From an uncultured Hormoscilla sp. (GTDB lineage Bacteria > Cyanobacteriota > Cyanobacteriia > Cyanobacteriales > Desertifilaceae), in assembly GCA_963921275.4 (NCBI GenBank), contig OZ001293.3, positions 2,528,001 to 2,592,000 on the forward strand: a DNA stretch of 64,000 nt, written 5' to 3'. Shown here piece after piece: positions 24,760 through 36,101 of this stretch; the first letter of the stretch is position 1; every line of letters starts with the position of its first letter. The notes under the pieces are model-generated. The model saw only the letters and a program-made list of their open reading frames with translations. It searched no databases and had not been told where the DNA came from. Position numbers and translations under genes: made by a program.

Positions 24760-25065
24760 ATGGCTTTACCGAAGATTGAAGAGGCCAGAAAGCTGAGTGA
24801 TGAAGAACTGAGCGAACAGATTAAAGCCGTCAAGAAGGAACTATTTGACTTAAGGTTCAAGAAAAGTACTAATCAGTCAGAGGAAAAAACCCACCTGGTT
24901 AAACATACTAGACACTGGCAGGCTCAGCTGATGACAGTACAACGGGAAAGGGAACTGGCAGCAGCCAGGACAAAGACGCCAGAACCAGATCCCGCAGCAG
25001 CAACAGAGGTAGCAGAGGCAGAGGTAGCAAAGGCAGAGGTAGCAGAGGCAGAGGAGGCAACGTAA
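24760..25065 (+). CDS. rpmC: 50S ribosomal protein L29 with Ala/Glu-rich tail
   Basis: LSDEEL..KKELFDLRF; operon position. Confidence 0.93.
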   Translation: MALPKIEEARKLSDEELSEQIKAVKKELFDLRFKKSTNQSEEKTHLVKHTRHWQAQLMTVQRERELAAARTKTPEPDPAAATEVAEAEVAKAEVAEAEEAT

Positions 25066-25071
25066 AGTAAT

Positions 25072-25467
25072 ATGCCGATTAAAGAGAGAGTGGGTGTAGT
25101 CGTCAGCGACAAGATGCAGAAAACAGTGGTGGTGGCAGTAGAAAACCGCAGCTCCCACCAGAAGTACGGCAAAATTGTCGTGCGTACTAAGCGCTATAAA
25201 GCTCATGACGAAGAGAATCAGTGCAAAGAGGGCGATCGGGTGCGGATTAGAGAAACGCGACCCCTCAGCCGCACCAAACGCTGGATGGTGAGTGAGATTC
25301 TCACCAAAGAAGCCAAGGTCAAAGATAAGAGTGCATCTGCGAGTCCAGAAGCACCTGGGAGTCCAGAAGCATCTAGTCCAGAAGCACCTAAGAGTCCAGA
25401 AGCATCTAGTCCAGAAGCACCTAAGAGTCCAGAAGCATCTAGTCCAGAAGAAGAAGCTAATAGCTAA
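25072..25467 (+). CDS. rpsQ: 30S ribosomal protein S17 with SPEA-repeat tail
   Basis: [22 protein letters not shown]. Confidence 0.96.
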   Translation: MPIKERVGVVVSDKMQKTVVVAVENRSSHQKYGKIVVRTKRYKAHDEENQCKEGDRVRIRETRPLSRTKRWMVSEILTKEAKVKDKSASASPEAPGSPEASSPEAPKSPEASSPEAPKSPEASSPEEEANS

Positions 25468-25483
25468 TTAAAAGGACAAAACC

Positions 25484-25849
25484 GTGATTCAACAAGAGTC
25501 TTACCTGAATGTAGCTGATAACAGCGGGGCACGGAAAATAATGTGCATTCGTGTCCTAGGAGGAAACCGACGCTATGCTAGCGTCGGAGATGTAATTATC
25601 TGCGTTGTCAAAGACGCCAGCCCGAATATGGCGATCAAAAAGTCAGATATAGTTAGAGCTGTGATCGTCCGTACCCGTAAGGGACTGCGTCGGGAGAGCG
25701 GTATGAGTATTCGCTTTGACGACAACGCTGCTGTGATTGTCAACCAAGACAGTAATCCCAGGGGAACCCGGGTGTTTGGGCCAGTAGCCCGAGAACTACG
25801 GGATAAGAACTATACCAAGATAGTTTCGTTAGCGCCGGAGGTGTTGTGA
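25484..25849 (+). CDS. rplN: 50S ribosomal protein L14
   Basis: [21 protein letters not shown]. Confidence 0.98.
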   Translation: MIQQESYLNVADNSGARKIMCIRVLGGNRRYASVGDVIICVVKDASPNMAIKKSDIVRAVIVRTRKGLRRESGMSIRFDDNAAVIVNQDSNPRGTRVFGPVARELRDKNYTKIVSLAPEVL

Positions 25850-26217
25850 TGGCCAACAAGAAGGATGCGAAAAGCGCCAACAATCGTCCCGTGCGATACA
25901 AGATGCATGTCAAGAAAGGTGACAAAGTGCAGGTAATTGCTGGCAAAGACAAAGGCAAAGTGGGAGAGGTGCTCAGAACCTTGCCAAAAGAGAGCAAGGT
26001 AGTAGTCAAGGATGTGAACAAAAAAACGAAGCATGTCAAACCGAGGCAAGAAGGGGAATCAGGTCAAATAACGATATTTGAAGGACCGATTCATAGCTCG
26101 AATGTCATGCTTTATTCAGAAAAAGAAAAGGTAGCGTCGCGGGTAGGCTACACTACCAATGAGGATGGCAAGAAGGTGAGAATACTCAAAAAGACGGGAG
26201 AAATAATTGATGATTAG
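25849..26217 (+). CDS. rplX: 50S ribosomal protein L24
   Basis: [23 protein letters not shown]. Confidence 0.97.
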   Translation: MANKKDAKSANNRPVRYKMHVKKGDKVQVIAGKDKGKVGEVLRTLPKESKVVVKDVNKKTKHVKPRQEGESGQITIFEGPIHSSNVMLYSEKEKVASRVGYTTNEDGKKVRILKKTGEIIDD

Positions 26218-26276
26218 TCACCTGTGTCCCCCCAGTGTGGGTAGCGGGGGTACAGAGAAGTTGCAAGGGGGGGTAA

Positions 26277-26822
26277 ATGGTAGAACAACTAAAAAACCGA
26301 TACAATGAGAAGATTGTGCCCGCGCTGATGGAGAAGTTTAATTACAGCAATATCCATCAAGTGCCGAAGGTGGCAAAGGTGACCGTGAACAGAGGGTTAG
26401 GGGAGGCGTCATCAAATGCCTTAGCATTAGAAGCTTCTGTCAAGGAAATAGCCGCAATCACGGGTCAAAAGCCAGTAGTGACAAGGGCAAAAAAGGCGAT
26501 CGCGGGCTTCAAAATCCGCCAAAGAATGCCCGTAGGGGTGATGGTAACATTGCGACGAGAGCGGATGTATGCCTTTCTAGATCGGTTAATCAACCTAGCA
26601 CTGCCCAGGATCAGAGACTTTCGAGGGGTCAGTCCCAAAATCTTTGACGGACGGGGCAACTACACTCTGGGATTGAAAGAGCAGCTAATATTTCCAGAAG
26701 TAGACTACGACAGCATCGATCAAATTCGGGGCATGGACATTTCCATCATCACCACAGCAAACACCGACGAAGAGGGACGCGCCTTGCTGCGAGAAATGGG
26801 CATGCCCTTCCGGGATAAGTGA
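26277..26822 (+). CDS. rplE: 50S ribosomal protein L5
   Basis: [22 protein letters not shown]. Confidence 0.98.
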   Translation: MVEQLKNRYNEKIVPALMEKFNYSNIHQVPKVAKVTVNRGLGEASSNALALEASVKEIAAITGQKPVVTRAKKAIAGFKIRQRMPVGVMVTLRRERMYAFLDRLINLALPRIRDFRGVSPKIFDGRGNYTLGLKEQLIFPEVDYDSIDQIRGMDISIITTANTDEEGRALLREMGMPFRDK

Positions 26823-26844
26823 GGCATTAAGAGGCAGAGGAAAA

Positions 26845-27246
26845 ATGGCGGTAAACGATACGATTGCAGATATGCTAACGCGCATTAGAAATGCTTCTCT
26901 AGCACGACATAAAACAACAAAAGTGCCAGCCACCAAAATGACGCGCAGCATTGCTAGGGTATTAAGAGAGGAAGGATTCATTGGTGAAGTTGAAGAAACG
27001 GGAGCAGGAGTTAAGCGGGATTTGGTGATAGAATTAAAATATAAGGGCAAGAACCGGACCCCAATTATCACAAAATTGAAACGGGTAAGCAGACCGGGAT
27101 TGCGGGTATACAAAAATCGCAAAGAATTGCCTCGGGTGCTGGGCGGGATTGGGATTGCGATTATATCCACATCCAGTGGGATCATGACTGACCGCGAAGC
27201 CAGACGCCAAGGAATAGGAGGCGAAGTGCTTTGCTATGTCTGGTAA
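26845..27246 (+). CDS. rpsH: 30S ribosomal protein S8
   Basis: [21 protein letters not shown]. Confidence 0.98.
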   Translation: MAVNDTIADMLTRIRNASLARHKTTKVPATKMTRSIARVLREEGFIGEVEETGAGVKRDLVIELKYKGKNRTPIITKLKRVSRPGLRVYKNRKELPRVLGGIGIAIISTSSGIMTDREARRQGIGGEVLCYVW

Positions 27247-27263
27247 GTTAGCAGAGGTTAATT

Positions 27264-27827
27264 ATGTCGAGAATAGGTAAGCGTCCCATTAGTATTCCCA
27301 AGAAAGTAAGCGTCACCATAGATGGTCAAGCGGTGGCGGTGAAGGGACCTAAAGGCGAACTATCCCGTGTCCTGCCATCGGAAGTGACGGTGGAACAGTC
27401 GGATGGTACGATCGTGGTTAAGCGGAATTCGGAGTCCCGAAAAGCCCGATCACGTCACGGACTGAGTCGCACCCTGGTAGCCAACATGATAGAAGGGGTT
27501 GACCAAGGATTTAAGCGGCGTCTGGAAATTCAGGGTGTGGGTTATCGGGCCCAACTGAACGGCAAAAACCTGACCTTAAACGTGGGTTACAGCAATCCTG
27601 TGGAAATTGAACCCCCCCCCAAGATTGAATTTTCAGTGGAAGACAACGTCGGGAAGGCAGTTAAAACAGGGACATTAGTAGTAGTCAGTGGCATTGACAA
27701 GGAAGTGGTGGGCAACATGGCAGCCAAGATCCGTGCCGTCCGCCCGCCAGAAGTTTACAAAGGCAAAGGCATTCGCTATGTCGGAGAATTCGTCAGACGT
27801 AAGGCTGGTAAGGCAGGGAAGAAATAA
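27264..27827 (+). CDS. rplF: 50S ribosomal protein L6
   Basis: [21 protein letters not shown]. Confidence 0.98.
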   Translation: MSRIGKRPISIPKKVSVTIDGQAVAVKGPKGELSRVLPSEVTVEQSDGTIVVKRNSESRKARSRHGLSRTLVANMIEGVDQGFKRRLEIQGVGYRAQLNGKNLTLNVGYSNPVEIEPPPKIEFSVEDNVGKAVKTGTLVVVSGIDKEVVGNMAAKIRAVRPPEVYKGKGIRYVGEFVRRKAGKAGKK

Positions 27828-27829
27828 AG

Positions 27830-28195
27830 ATGAAGCTGACAAAAAGAGAATCAAAGCAGCGCAGACATGGTAGAATTCGTCGCCAAGTAGAGGGAACAAC
27901 AGAACGTCCTCGCCTAGCAGTGTTTCGTTCTCATCAACACATTTATGCACAGGTGATAGACGATAGCCAGCAACATACCCTGGCCGCAGCCTCAACCCTA
28001 GAACCGCAAATGAAAACCCAACTGAACTCGAACGGCAAAAGTTGTGCCGCAGCGACAGAAGTAGGCAAGTTGCTTGCCGAACGAGCAAAGGCAAAAGGAG
28101 TGGAAAAGGTGGTATTCGATCGAGGTGGAAACCTATATCACGGTCGGGTGCAAGCCCTAGCAGAAGCAGCTCGCGGGGCCGGGTTGGATTTTTAG
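27830..28195 (+). CDS. rplR: 50S ribosomal protein L18
   Basis: [22 protein letters not shown]. Confidence 0.98.
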   Translation: MKLTKRESKQRRHGRIRRQVEGTTERPRLAVFRSHQHIYAQVIDDSQQHTLAAASTLEPQMKTQLNSNGKSCAAATEVGKLLAERAKAKGVEKVVFDRGGNLYHGRVQALAEAARGAGLDF

Positions 28196-28259
28196 GAAAA
28201 TGTCATGGGCAACAGAATAGAGAACTTCAAAGCTGGTAAGCTAGACTGGGGACAAGTAT

Positions 28260-28811
28260 ATGGAAAGAAACACCGAAAAAGAAAAGGGCGCTGGCGGTCG
28301 GAAGAAAGGTAACCGCACTCGGGAAAAAGAATCAGAATGGCAAGAACGGGTGGTGCATATCCGCCGAGTAACGAAAGTGGTGAAAGGGGGTAAAAAGCTC
28401 AGCTTCCGGGCGCTCGTGGTTGTGGGCAATGAACGCGGTCAAGTGGGAGTGGGAGTTGGCAAGGCCAGTGATGTGATCGGTGCCGTGAAAAAAGGAGTCG
28501 CCGACGCTAAAAAGCACGTGATTGAGGTGCCCCTGAGCAAGTCCTACTCCATTCCCCATCCCACCAGTGGCCTTGCCACTGGTGCTAAGGTGATGATGCG
28601 ACCAGCAGCACCGGGGACTGGTGTAATTGCTGGTGGCGCTGTGCGCACGGTGTTAGAATTAGCTGGTGTCCGCAATGTGTTAGCAAAGCAACTGGGTTCA
28701 AATAATCCTCTGAACAACGCTAGAGCATCGGTGGAGGCCCTGGCAAGTCTGCGCACTTTTGCTCAAGTTGCCCAAGAACGGGGGATTCCCATTGAAAACC
28801 TCTATGCTTAG
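28260..28811 (+). CDS. rpsE: 30S ribosomal protein S5
   Basis: [17 protein letters not shown]. Confidence 0.97.
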   Translation: MERNTEKEKGAGGRKKGNRTREKESEWQERVVHIRRVTKVVKGGKKLSFRALVVVGNERGQVGVGVGKASDVIGAVKKGVADAKKHVIEVPLSKSYSIPHPTSGLATGAKVMMRPAAPGTGVIAGGAVRTVLELAGVRNVLAKQLGSNNPLNNARASVEALASLRTFAQVAQERGIPIENLYA

Positions 28812-28874
28812 CGACGACCTCGGGACAGGCGTGACAAGTCCTACGCAAATAACAATTAACAACTGACAAATGAC

Positions 28875-29330
28875 ATGAGACTACAAGATGCAGTGCCGAA
28901 AAAAGGCTCTCGCAAACGCCGTCGGCGGATCGGGAGGGGGATTGCTGCCGGTCAAGGAGCAAGCGGCGGATTTGGCATGCGGGGACAAAAATCCCGATCG
29001 GGTCGCGGCACGAGACCGGGTTTTGAGGGGGGACAACTGCCCCTGTATCGTCGCATCCCCAAGTTAAAGCACTTTACGGTAATAAATCGGCAGCAATATA
29101 CTACGATCAATGTAAGCAAACTGGCATCACTACCGGCAAATACGGAAGTGACCCTGGCTTCGTTGATGGAGGCAGGCATTGTCACAGCCGATCGAGGACC
29201 GCTGAAAATCTTGGGAGACGGAGAGTTGCACGTGCCGCTGCAAGTAAAAGCAGCTGGGTTTACAGCTTCGGCTCGCCAAAAAATAGAGTCAGCCGGTGGT
29301 AGTTGCGTCGTCCTAGATTCATCAAATTAA
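28875..29330 (+). CDS. rplO: 50S ribosomal protein L15
   Basis: [21 protein letters not shown]. Confidence 0.98.
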   Translation: MRLQDAVPKKGSRKRRRRIGRGIAAGQGASGGFGMRGQKSRSGRGTRPGFEGGQLPLYRRIPKLKHFTVINRQQYTTINVSKLASLPANTEVTLASLMEAGIVTADRGPLKILGDGELHVPLQVKAAGFTASARQKIESAGGSCVVLDSSN

Positions 29331-29403
29331 ACAGCACAGATCGGGTGTTCTCATCATCAGGGAGAGGATCGCGTCAGTGCAAAGTATGACGAACGAGGTA
29401 ATT

Positions 29404-30708
29404 ATGGCGGTTAGTCGAGACAAGACCCCAAGCGCTCAGGAAACATTCATGCAGATGGCGCAAGCAGCAGGTCTCAGAGGGAGGGTGCTGCTCACCATTG
29501 GTATGCTGATTCTGGCAAGACTGGGGATATATATACCAGTACCGGGCATCGACCGGGCGAGATTCGCGGCAAATATCGAAGGAAGCCCGATCGTCGGATT
29601 TTTGGATCTGTTCAGTGGGGGTGGCCTTTCCCAGTTAGGGATATTTGCTCTGGGAATTTTGCCCTTCATTAATGCTTCCATAATTATGCAGCTGTTGACA
29701 GCAGCTATCCCATCCTTGGAGGATTTGCAGAAAAATGAAGGGGAAGCCGGTCGGCGTAAGATTTCTCAGATAACTCGTTACGTAGCTCTGGGATGGGCAG
29801 TGATTCAAAGCGTGGGTATAGCCCTGTGGATAAGTTCCCAACAGGTAGCGTTAGAACCGGGGCCATTGTTTGTGGCCAAAACAGTGCTGGCTCTTACTGC
29901 TGGTTCCCTGTTCGTGATGTGGTTGGGTGAGCTGATCACGGAACAGGGCATAGGGAATGGAGCATCCCTGCTGATTTTTCTGAATATAGTTTCCACCCTG
30001 CCCAGATCCATCGGACAAACGATCGAACTCGCATCTTCAGGCGATCGGAATCTAGTGGGTGGCGTAGTCATCCTGGTCCTAGTATTCCTAGTAATGATTG
30101 TCGGGATTGTGTTCGTGCAAGAGGGAACTCGTCGAATACCGATAATTTCGGCCCGTCGCCAGGTGGGACGCAAGCTTTATCTAGAAAAAAGCAACTACCT
30201 GCCACTGCGACTCAACCAAGGCGGAGTAATGCCGATCATCTTTGCCTCGGCGGTGCTGATTCTGCCAGTAAGTTTGGCGAATTTCACCAGAAGCGAAAGT
30301 TTAGCGCGTGCTGTCCAGTATCTGAGTCCAGGGGGAACGCTGTACGTGCCCTTTTATCTGGCGATGATTGTTTTCTTCAGCTATTTCTATGCTTCCTTGA
30401 TTATCAATCCCGTAGATATGTCTCAGAATTTGAAGAAAATGGGGTCTAGCATCCCCGGAATTCGTCCTGGTCGGGCCACCAGCGAGTACATAGAACGGGT
30501 ATTGAACCGATTGACATTCTTGGGAGCAATCTTTCTCGGTCTAGTGGCGATCGTGCCCACAGCGGTAGAATCAGCCACGCGAGTGCGAACATTTCAGGGC
30601 TTGGGAGCCACCTCCCTGTTGATTCTGGTGGGCGTGGCCATTGATACAGCCAAACAGATTCAAACTTATGTGATATCTCAGCGATATGAAGGAATGGTGA
30701 AGCAGTAG
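29404..30708 (+). CDS. secY: preprotein translocase subunit SecY
   Basis: FALGILPFINASII, GIGNGASL, GVMPIIFA, IPGIRPG. Confidence 0.98.
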   Translation: MAVSRDKTPSAQETFMQMAQAAGLRGRVLLTIGMLILARLGIYIPVPGIDRARFAANIEGSPIVGFLDLFSGGGLSQLGIFALGILPFINASIIMQLLTAAIPSLEDLQKNEGEAGRRKISQITRYVALGWAVIQSVGIALWISSQQVALEPGPLFVAKTVLALTAGSLFVMWLGELITEQGIGNGASLLIFLNIVSTLPRSIGQTIELASSGDRNLVGGVVILVLVFLVMIVGIVFVQEGTRRIPIISARRQVGRKLYLEKSNYLPLRLNQGGVMPIIFASAVLILPVSLANFTRSESLARAVQYLSPGGTLYVPFYLAMIVFFSYFYASLIINPVDMSQNLKKMGSSIPGIRPGRATSEYIERVLNRLTFLGAIFLGLVAIVPTAVESATRVRTFQGLGATSLLILVGVAIDTAKQIQTYVISQRYEGMVKQ

Positions 30709-31262
30709 TGACACGATTAATATTTTTAGGGCCTCCGGGTTCGGGGAAGGGAACCCAGGCAGCTCAACTGGCGAATAATGAGCAAATTCCCCATATTTCC
30801 ACGGGAGAACTGTTACGCAAGGCAGTAGCGGACAAGACTCCTCTGGGGCTTAAGGTCCAGTCCTACATGGATCGAGGGGAGTTGGTGCCAGATAGGGTGG
30901 TGCTGGATTTGATGCGGGAACGCTTGAGTAAACATGATGCGCGATCGGGGTGGATTCTCGATGGCTTTCCCCGTAATGTGGCTCAGGCTGAGTTTTTGGA
31001 TAAGCTGCTGAGGGAAGTAGGCCAATGGACTGATTGGGCGATCGCCATGGAAGTGCCAGATGACGTCATCATTGACAGGCTGTGGGAGCGGGGGCGCAAG
31101 GATGATAGCGAAGAAACAATTGGTCATCGCTTAGAGGTTTATCGAGAAAAGACAGCGCCCTTGATTGACTTCTACCGCGCTCGGGGGCAGTTAAAGTCGG
31201 TCAATGGCAATCAATCAATAACGGATGTGGCGGCTGCTCTCAAACAGGCGATCTGCTCTTAG
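30708..31262 (+). CDS. adk: adenylate kinase
   Basis: GPPGSGKGTQA, LDGFPR. Confidence 0.97.
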   Translation: MTRLIFLGPPGSGKGTQAAQLANNEQIPHISTGELLRKAVADKTPLGLKVQSYMDRGELVPDRVVLDLMRERLSKHDARSGWILDGFPRNVAQAEFLDKLLREVGQWTDWAIAMEVPDDVIIDRLWERGRKDDSEETIGHRLEVYREKTAPLIDFYRARGQLKSVNGNQSITDVAAALKQAICS

Positions 31263-31419
31263 CTGAAGGGGACCAGTGCCGTCAAACCCCAAGCACAACG
31301 GACCAACAGGCCATCGTTGGTCTATTTTATATTGTTATATTTGATAAGATATGTAAAAGGTTGAGTCAGCAATATAGGGTGTGGTCTGGTGGCAAGAGCA
31401 GAGTTGAGGAAAAGCAAAA

Positions 31420-31644
31420 TTGGCTAAACAAGATTTAATAGAAATGGAAGGCACGGTAACAGAATCTTTGCCGAATGCCATGTTCCGGGTAGACCTGGAT
31501 AATGGGTTTAACGTGCTAGCCCATATATCCGGCAAAATCCGCCGCAATTATATCAAGATTCTCCCGGGCGATCGGGTCAAAGTGGAACTAACACCCTATG
31601 ACCTGACCAAAGGCAGAATTACCTACCGTCTGCGAAAGAAGTAA
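31420..31644 (+). CDS. infA: translation initiation factor IF-1
   Basis: [18 protein letters not shown] start. Confidence 0.97.
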   Translation: MAKQDLIEMEGTVTESLPNAMFRVDLDNGFNVLAHISGKIRRNYIKILPGDRVKVELTPYDLTKGRITYRLRKK

Positions 31645-31711
31645 GCCGGTAGTGGAGGGAAAGAAGAAGAGAGTGACGAGAGGGCACCGTAATGTCCTTT
31701 GGGAAAAAGAT

Positions 31712-31741
31712 TTGACAAGTACTGTAAAAACCTGATACCAT
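31712..31741 (+). promoter_or_regulatory. internal promoter before rpmJ
   Basis: TTGACA-18 nt-TACCAT with TG extension. Confidence 0.5.
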
Positions 31742-31769
31742 GTTATATTTGTAGAGTTCAAGAGCAGGC

Positions 31770-31883
31770 ATGAAAGTAAGATCGTCGGTAAAAAAAATAT
31801 GTGAGAAATGTCGCATTATCCGTCGTCACGGTCGGGTAATGGTGATCTGTTCTAATCCCAAGCACAAGCAGCGCCAAGGTTAG
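31770..31883 (+). CDS. rpmJ: 50S ribosomal protein L36 (below the ORF-track cutoff)
   Basis: [37 protein letters not shown]. Confidence 0.97.
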   Translation: MKVRSSVKKICEKCRIIRRHGRVMVICSNPKHKQRQG

Positions 31884-31969
31884 CAATGCGTATCGCAGAG
31901 GTCGTCAGAGTCAGACAGGCGATAGAAACAGGGAAAGTAGTAGAAAAACAACAGTAGGGAGAAAAAGAA

Positions 31970-32353
31970 GTGGCACGGATAGCAGGTGTAGACCTACCCC
32001 AGGACAAGCGGGTGGAAATAGGTCTGACATACATCTATGGAATAGGGCTGACGCGGTCTCAAGAAATTCTGGCAACAACGGGGGTCAATCCTGATACTCG
32101 GGTCAAGGAGTTAAGTGACGCAGATGTAGCCGCACTGCGACAAGCGGTGGAAAGCAACTATCAGGTAGAAGGAGACCTGCGCCGTTGGGAAGCGATGAAC
32201 ATCAAGCGGCTGATGGACATAGGCACATACCGTGGCAGGCGTCATCGGATGGGATTGCCAGTAAGAGGTCAGCGAACCAGAACTAACGCTCGCACAAGGC
32301 GTGGATCTCGTCGCACGGTAGCAGGAAAGAAAAAGGCCAGCTCGAAGAAGTAA
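31970..32353 (+). CDS. rpsM: 30S ribosomal protein S13
   Basis: [22 protein letters not shown]. Confidence 0.98.
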   Translation: MARIAGVDLPQDKRVEIGLTYIYGIGLTRSQEILATTGVNPDTRVKELSDADVAALRQAVESNYQVEGDLRRWEAMNIKRLMDIGTYRGRRHRMGLPVRGQRTRTNARTRRGSRRTVAGKKKASSKK

Positions 32354-32539
32354 AGCAGGTCCAAGGGTAGGACGGGCGGGACAGTCAGATCCAAGCGCAG
32401 GAATATCCTCGATAGCAGGTGATTCGGTCTGAGAAGAAAAATACTTATTTACAACTATAGACAGACTGCCAATAAAACCACCTAGGGTGAGCGTCGGGGA
32501 AAACAAAAATCAATCATTGAGGCAAAAAAGCAGAAGATT

Positions 32540-32932
32540 ATGGCGCGACAAACAAAGAAAACAGGAGCGAAAAAGCAGAAAAAGAATATCCCCAATGGGG
32601 TAGGGCACATCCAGTCTACATTTAACAACACGATCATATCGATAACGGCTCCCAATGGAGAAGTGGTTTCCTGGGCATCAGCAGGGTCGAGTGGGTTTAA
32701 GGGAGCCAAGAAAGGAACTCCGTTTGCAGCCCAAACAGCGGCGGAAAATGCGGCCCGCAGAGCAATGGACCAGGGAATGCGGCAGATAGAAGTGATGGTA
32801 TCAGGACCAGGATCGGGTAGAGAAACAGCAATTAGAGCCTTACAAGGGGCGGGACTGGAAATAACGCTGATTCGGGATGTAACGCCAATCCCCCACAATG
32901 GCTGTCGTCCGCCAAAGCGGCGTCGAGTCTAG
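32540..32932 (+). CDS. rpsK: 30S ribosomal protein S11
   Basis: [20 protein letters not shown]. Confidence 0.98.
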   Translation: MARQTKKTGAKKQKKNIPNGVGHIQSTFNNTIISITAPNGEVVSWASAGSSGFKGAKKGTPFAAQTAAENAARRAMDQGMRQIEVMVSGPGSGRETAIRALQGAGLEITLIRDVTPIPHNGCRPPKRRRV

Positions 32933-33129
32933 AAAAAAATGCTCAGAGGCAGGCGATGGGTTGTTGTTGGTGTGGGGAAAGTTAATCGGAAAATCGAGCC
33001 AGGGGGAGGGGAAAGAACAGTAGCAGCGATCGATAAACTAAATGGCAGGCGGGGACGCCGACCCTACGAGAGTTAGAACTGGCAAAGTAATGCTGACTTC
33101 AGAGAATTCAGGCGAAGGGAGGACGAGGG

Positions 33130-34074
33130 ATGACACAATTTCAGATAGAGTGTGTACAGTCGTATAGAGAAAAAGATCAAAGTCAGTACAGCAGATTTGT
33201 ATTAGAACCCCTAGAAAGAGGTCAAGGAACGACAGTTGGGAATGCTCTGAGACGAGTGTTGCTGTCAAATTTGTCAGGAGCAGCAGTGACAGCAGTCAGA
33301 ATCGCAGGGGTAAACCACGAGTTTGCGACAATTCCAGGTGTCCGAGAGGATGTGCTGGATATATTGCTAAATATGAAGGAAATATGGCTTTTCAGCCATT
33401 CAAGTCAGCCTCAGATTGGTCGTTTGCTGGCCACTGGGCCAGCAACGGTGAGGGCGGATAAGTTTGATATTCCGGCAGATGTGGAACTGGTTAACCCCAG
33501 TCAATACATTGCTAGTCTATCGCCAGGCTCGACTCTGGAAATGGAGTTTCGCATCGAAACAGGGAAGGGATATAGAACAGTAGAACGGGGTCGTGACGAA
33601 ACGACGGCTTTAGACTTCCTCCAGATTGATGCGATTTTTATGCCCGTGCGGAAGGTAAACTACATGGTGGAAAGCGCTAGAGTAGGGGGAAACCTGGAGA
33701 AAGACAGGTTAATAATGGAAATCACGACCAATGGGAGCATAAACCCGCAAGAGGCATTGTCTCAAGCGGCTAGTATCCTAGTGGAACTGTTCAATCCGCT
33801 CAAAGGTATCACATTTGAGCCTGTCAAAGATGAAGTATCAGATACGGGAGATCCAACTAGCAAGATGCCCATAGAAGAATTGCATCTGTCAGTGCGGGCA
33901 TATAATTGTCTGAAACGAGCACAGATTAACTCAGTATCAGACTTGCTGGACTATACTCAAGAGGATCTGCTGGAAATCAAAAACTTTGGTCAGAAATCAG
34001 CGGAAGAGGTGATAGAAGCTTTGCAGGTCCGATTGGGGATTACCCTGCCCCACGAAAAACAAACAAAAACATAG
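33130..34074 (+). CDS. rpoA: RNA polymerase alpha subunit
   Basis: EPLERGQGTTVGNALRRVLLS, LSVRAYNCLK. Confidence 0.98.
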   Translation: MTQFQIECVQSYREKDQSQYSRFVLEPLERGQGTTVGNALRRVLLSNLSGAAVTAVRIAGVNHEFATIPGVREDVLDILLNMKEIWLFSHSSQPQIGRLLATGPATVRADKFDIPADVELVNPSQYIASLSPGSTLEMEFRIETGKGYRTVERGRDETTALDFLQIDAIFMPVRKVNYMVESARVGGNLEKDRLIMEITTNGSINPQEALSQAASILVELFNPLKGITFEPVKDEVSDTGDPTSKMPIEELHLSVRAYNCLKRAQINSVSDLLDYTQEDLLEIKNFGQKSAEEVIEALQVRLGITLPHEKQTKT

Positions 34075-34075
34075 C

Positions 34076-34229
34076 GGCATTGCACATTTTGGGGATGATA
34101 GCAGCCAATTGTTAAAAATTGCTAATAGAAAAGAGTAAATACATCTATTGATGAAAAAAATGACTACCGAGATTAACAATTGAAAATTAGCAATTAGCAA
34201 CCCTTATAATCCCGTCGTTGTGCAACGCA
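34076..34229. mobile_element. 154-bp IS1-derived MITE just after the rpoA stop
   Basis: ends GGCATTGCACA/TGTGCAACGC; 8-bp duplication AACATAGC containing the TAG. Confidence 0.85.
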
Positions 34230-34337
34230 AACATAGCAAAAAAGGGGGTTAGCGGTTAGTAATGTGTTGAGAAATGACAACTGACAATTGACAACTGACA
34301 ATTGACAAGCAAGAATTAGCAAGTAAGGTAAGAGATC

Positions 34338-34727
34338 ATGCGTCACCGTCTTCGTGTTCCTAAACTAGGAAAGCCAGCAGATCAGCGAAAAGCGCTGCTG
34401 CGATCGCTGACAACAGAACTGATTCGTAATGGTCGGATTACAACAACGAAAGCTCGTGCCAAGGCGGTGCGATCGGCAGCCGAAAAAATGATCGCCTTGG
34501 CAAAGGATGGCTCTTTAGCAGCTCGTAGGCAAGCATTGGGCTATATTTACCTGACGGGAAGTCAGGATAAAAATGAGCATATGCGGCAAAAGAAACAACT
34601 GGTTCATTCTCTGTTCGATCAGGCCCAAGCAAGATATGGCGATCGCCAAGGTGGATACACCCGCATTTTGCCAACGGTGCGGCGTCGGGGCGATAATGCA
34701 GAAATGGCGATTATCGAGCTAGTTTGA
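34338..34727 (+). CDS. rplQ: 50S ribosomal protein L17 with internal insertion
   Basis: [28 protein letters not shown]. Confidence 0.97.
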   Translation: MRHRLRVPKLGKPADQRKALLRSLTTELIRNGRITTTKARAKAVRSAAEKMIALAKDGSLAARRQALGYIYLTGSQDKNEHMRQKKQLVHSLFDQAQARYGDRQGGYTRILPTVRRRGDNAEMAIIELV

Positions 34728-34763
34728 AGCAATTGCCGGGTAGTTAATTGTCAAGTCCGCAAT

Positions 34764-35636
34764 ATGGACAACGGACAAAAGACGACAGACAGACAGCGAG
34801 TTGCCCTGGTCATCCAATACCTGGGCACTCATTTTCATGGCTGGCAGCGGCAGGGTCGTGGCGAACGGACAGTGCAGTCGGAAATAGAAACAGCCATCGA
34901 GACAATTCTGAAGCGACGAGTACCAGTAATAGCTTCAGGTAGAACTGATGCGGGAGTTCACGCTGCTGGGCAAGTAGCACATTTTGAAGCTACGGGGAAG
35001 ATACCAGCCAGTCGGTGGGCGACGGTGCTGAATTCGCGGCTGCCGAAAGATATTTTGATTCTGACTTCAGTAGCAGTACCGGAAAATTGGCACGCTCGCT
35101 TTTCAGCTAGCTTGCGCCGCTATCGCTATACTATTTATACAGACCCTCAACCAAACTTGTTTGTCCGCTCCTTGGCGTGGCATTATTATTATCAGCCTCT
35201 GGATGCATCATTAATTCAGGATGCCCTGAGTCCATTGATAGGTAAGCATCACCTAGCTGCCTTTCGCAGAGCGGGCTCGCAACGCAAACATTCCTGGGTA
35301 GAAGTCCAAGCGGCTTCCTGCGGACGGTCCGGACCCTTCATTTATATAGAAGTGCAAGCTAACGGGTTCCTATATGGTATGATGCGGTTGCTGGTGGGGT
35401 TACTGGTCTCGGTCGGGGACAAAGGGCGATCGCTTGAGGAGTTCGCGCACATCTGGAAAGCAGAACGCCGAGATTTAGTCAAGTACGCCGCCCCACCTCA
35501 GGGTCTATGCCTGCTGCGGGTAGGCTACCCAGACTCCCCCTTTCGGTCAGAAGTGTGGAATAATAGCCAACCAAAGTTTGTTATATCTCCAGATTATCTT
35601 ACTTTTAACAAAGAACAACTAACAACTGACAACTAA
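34764..35636 (+). CDS. truA: tRNA pseudouridine(38-40) synthase
   Basis: SGRTDAGVHAAGQVAHF, HARFSA, GFLYGMMR. Confidence 0.97.
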   Translation: MDNGQKTTDRQRVALVIQYLGTHFHGWQRQGRGERTVQSEIETAIETILKRRVPVIASGRTDAGVHAAGQVAHFEATGKIPASRWATVLNSRLPKDILILTSVAVPENWHARFSASLRRYRYTIYTDPQPNLFVRSLAWHYYYQPLDASLIQDALSPLIGKHHLAAFRRAGSQRKHSWVEVQAASCGRSGPFIYIEVQANGFLYGMMRLLVGLLVSVGDKGRSLEEFAHIWKAERRDLVKYAAPPQGLCLLRVGYPDSPFRSEVWNNSQPKFVISPDYLTFNKEQLTTDN

Positions 35637-35645
35637 CAACTGACA

Positions 35646-36101
35646 ATGAACAAAACTTATCTTCCAGCCCAAGACTCTCTAGAGCGTAACTGGTATGTTG
35701 TTGATGCTGCTGGTGAACGGTTAGGTCGCCTTGCCAGTGAAATTGCTAGAGTGCTGCGGGGCAAAAATAAACCGACTTTCACTCCTCACATGGATGTAGG
35801 CGACTTTGTGATCGTGGTGAACGCTGAAAAAGTGGAAGTTACTGGCAAAAAACGCAGCCAAAAACTATATAGACGCCATTCGTGCCGTCCAGGGGGCATG
35901 AAAACGGAAACCTTTGCGAAACTGCAATCAAGAATACCAGAAAGAATTGTCGAGCAGGCTGTGCGGGGGATGTTGCCGAAAAATTCCCTCGGGCGCAAAC
36001 TATTCACTAAGCTGAAAGTTTACAGCGGACCGGACCATCCCCATCAAGCTCAAAAACCCCAGGTACTAGAAATTACCACAATTCCAGGAGAACAGAAATA
36101 A
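35646..36101 (+). CDS. rplM: 50S ribosomal protein L13
   Basis: WYVVDA..LGRLA, RGMLPKN. Confidence 0.98.
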   Translation: MNKTYLPAQDSLERNWYVVDAAGERLGRLASEIARVLRGKNKPTFTPHMDVGDFVIVVNAEKVEVTGKKRSQKLYRRHSCRPGGMKTETFAKLQSRIPERIVEQAVRGMLPKNSLGRKLFTKLKVYSGPDHPHQAQKPQVLEITTIPGEQK

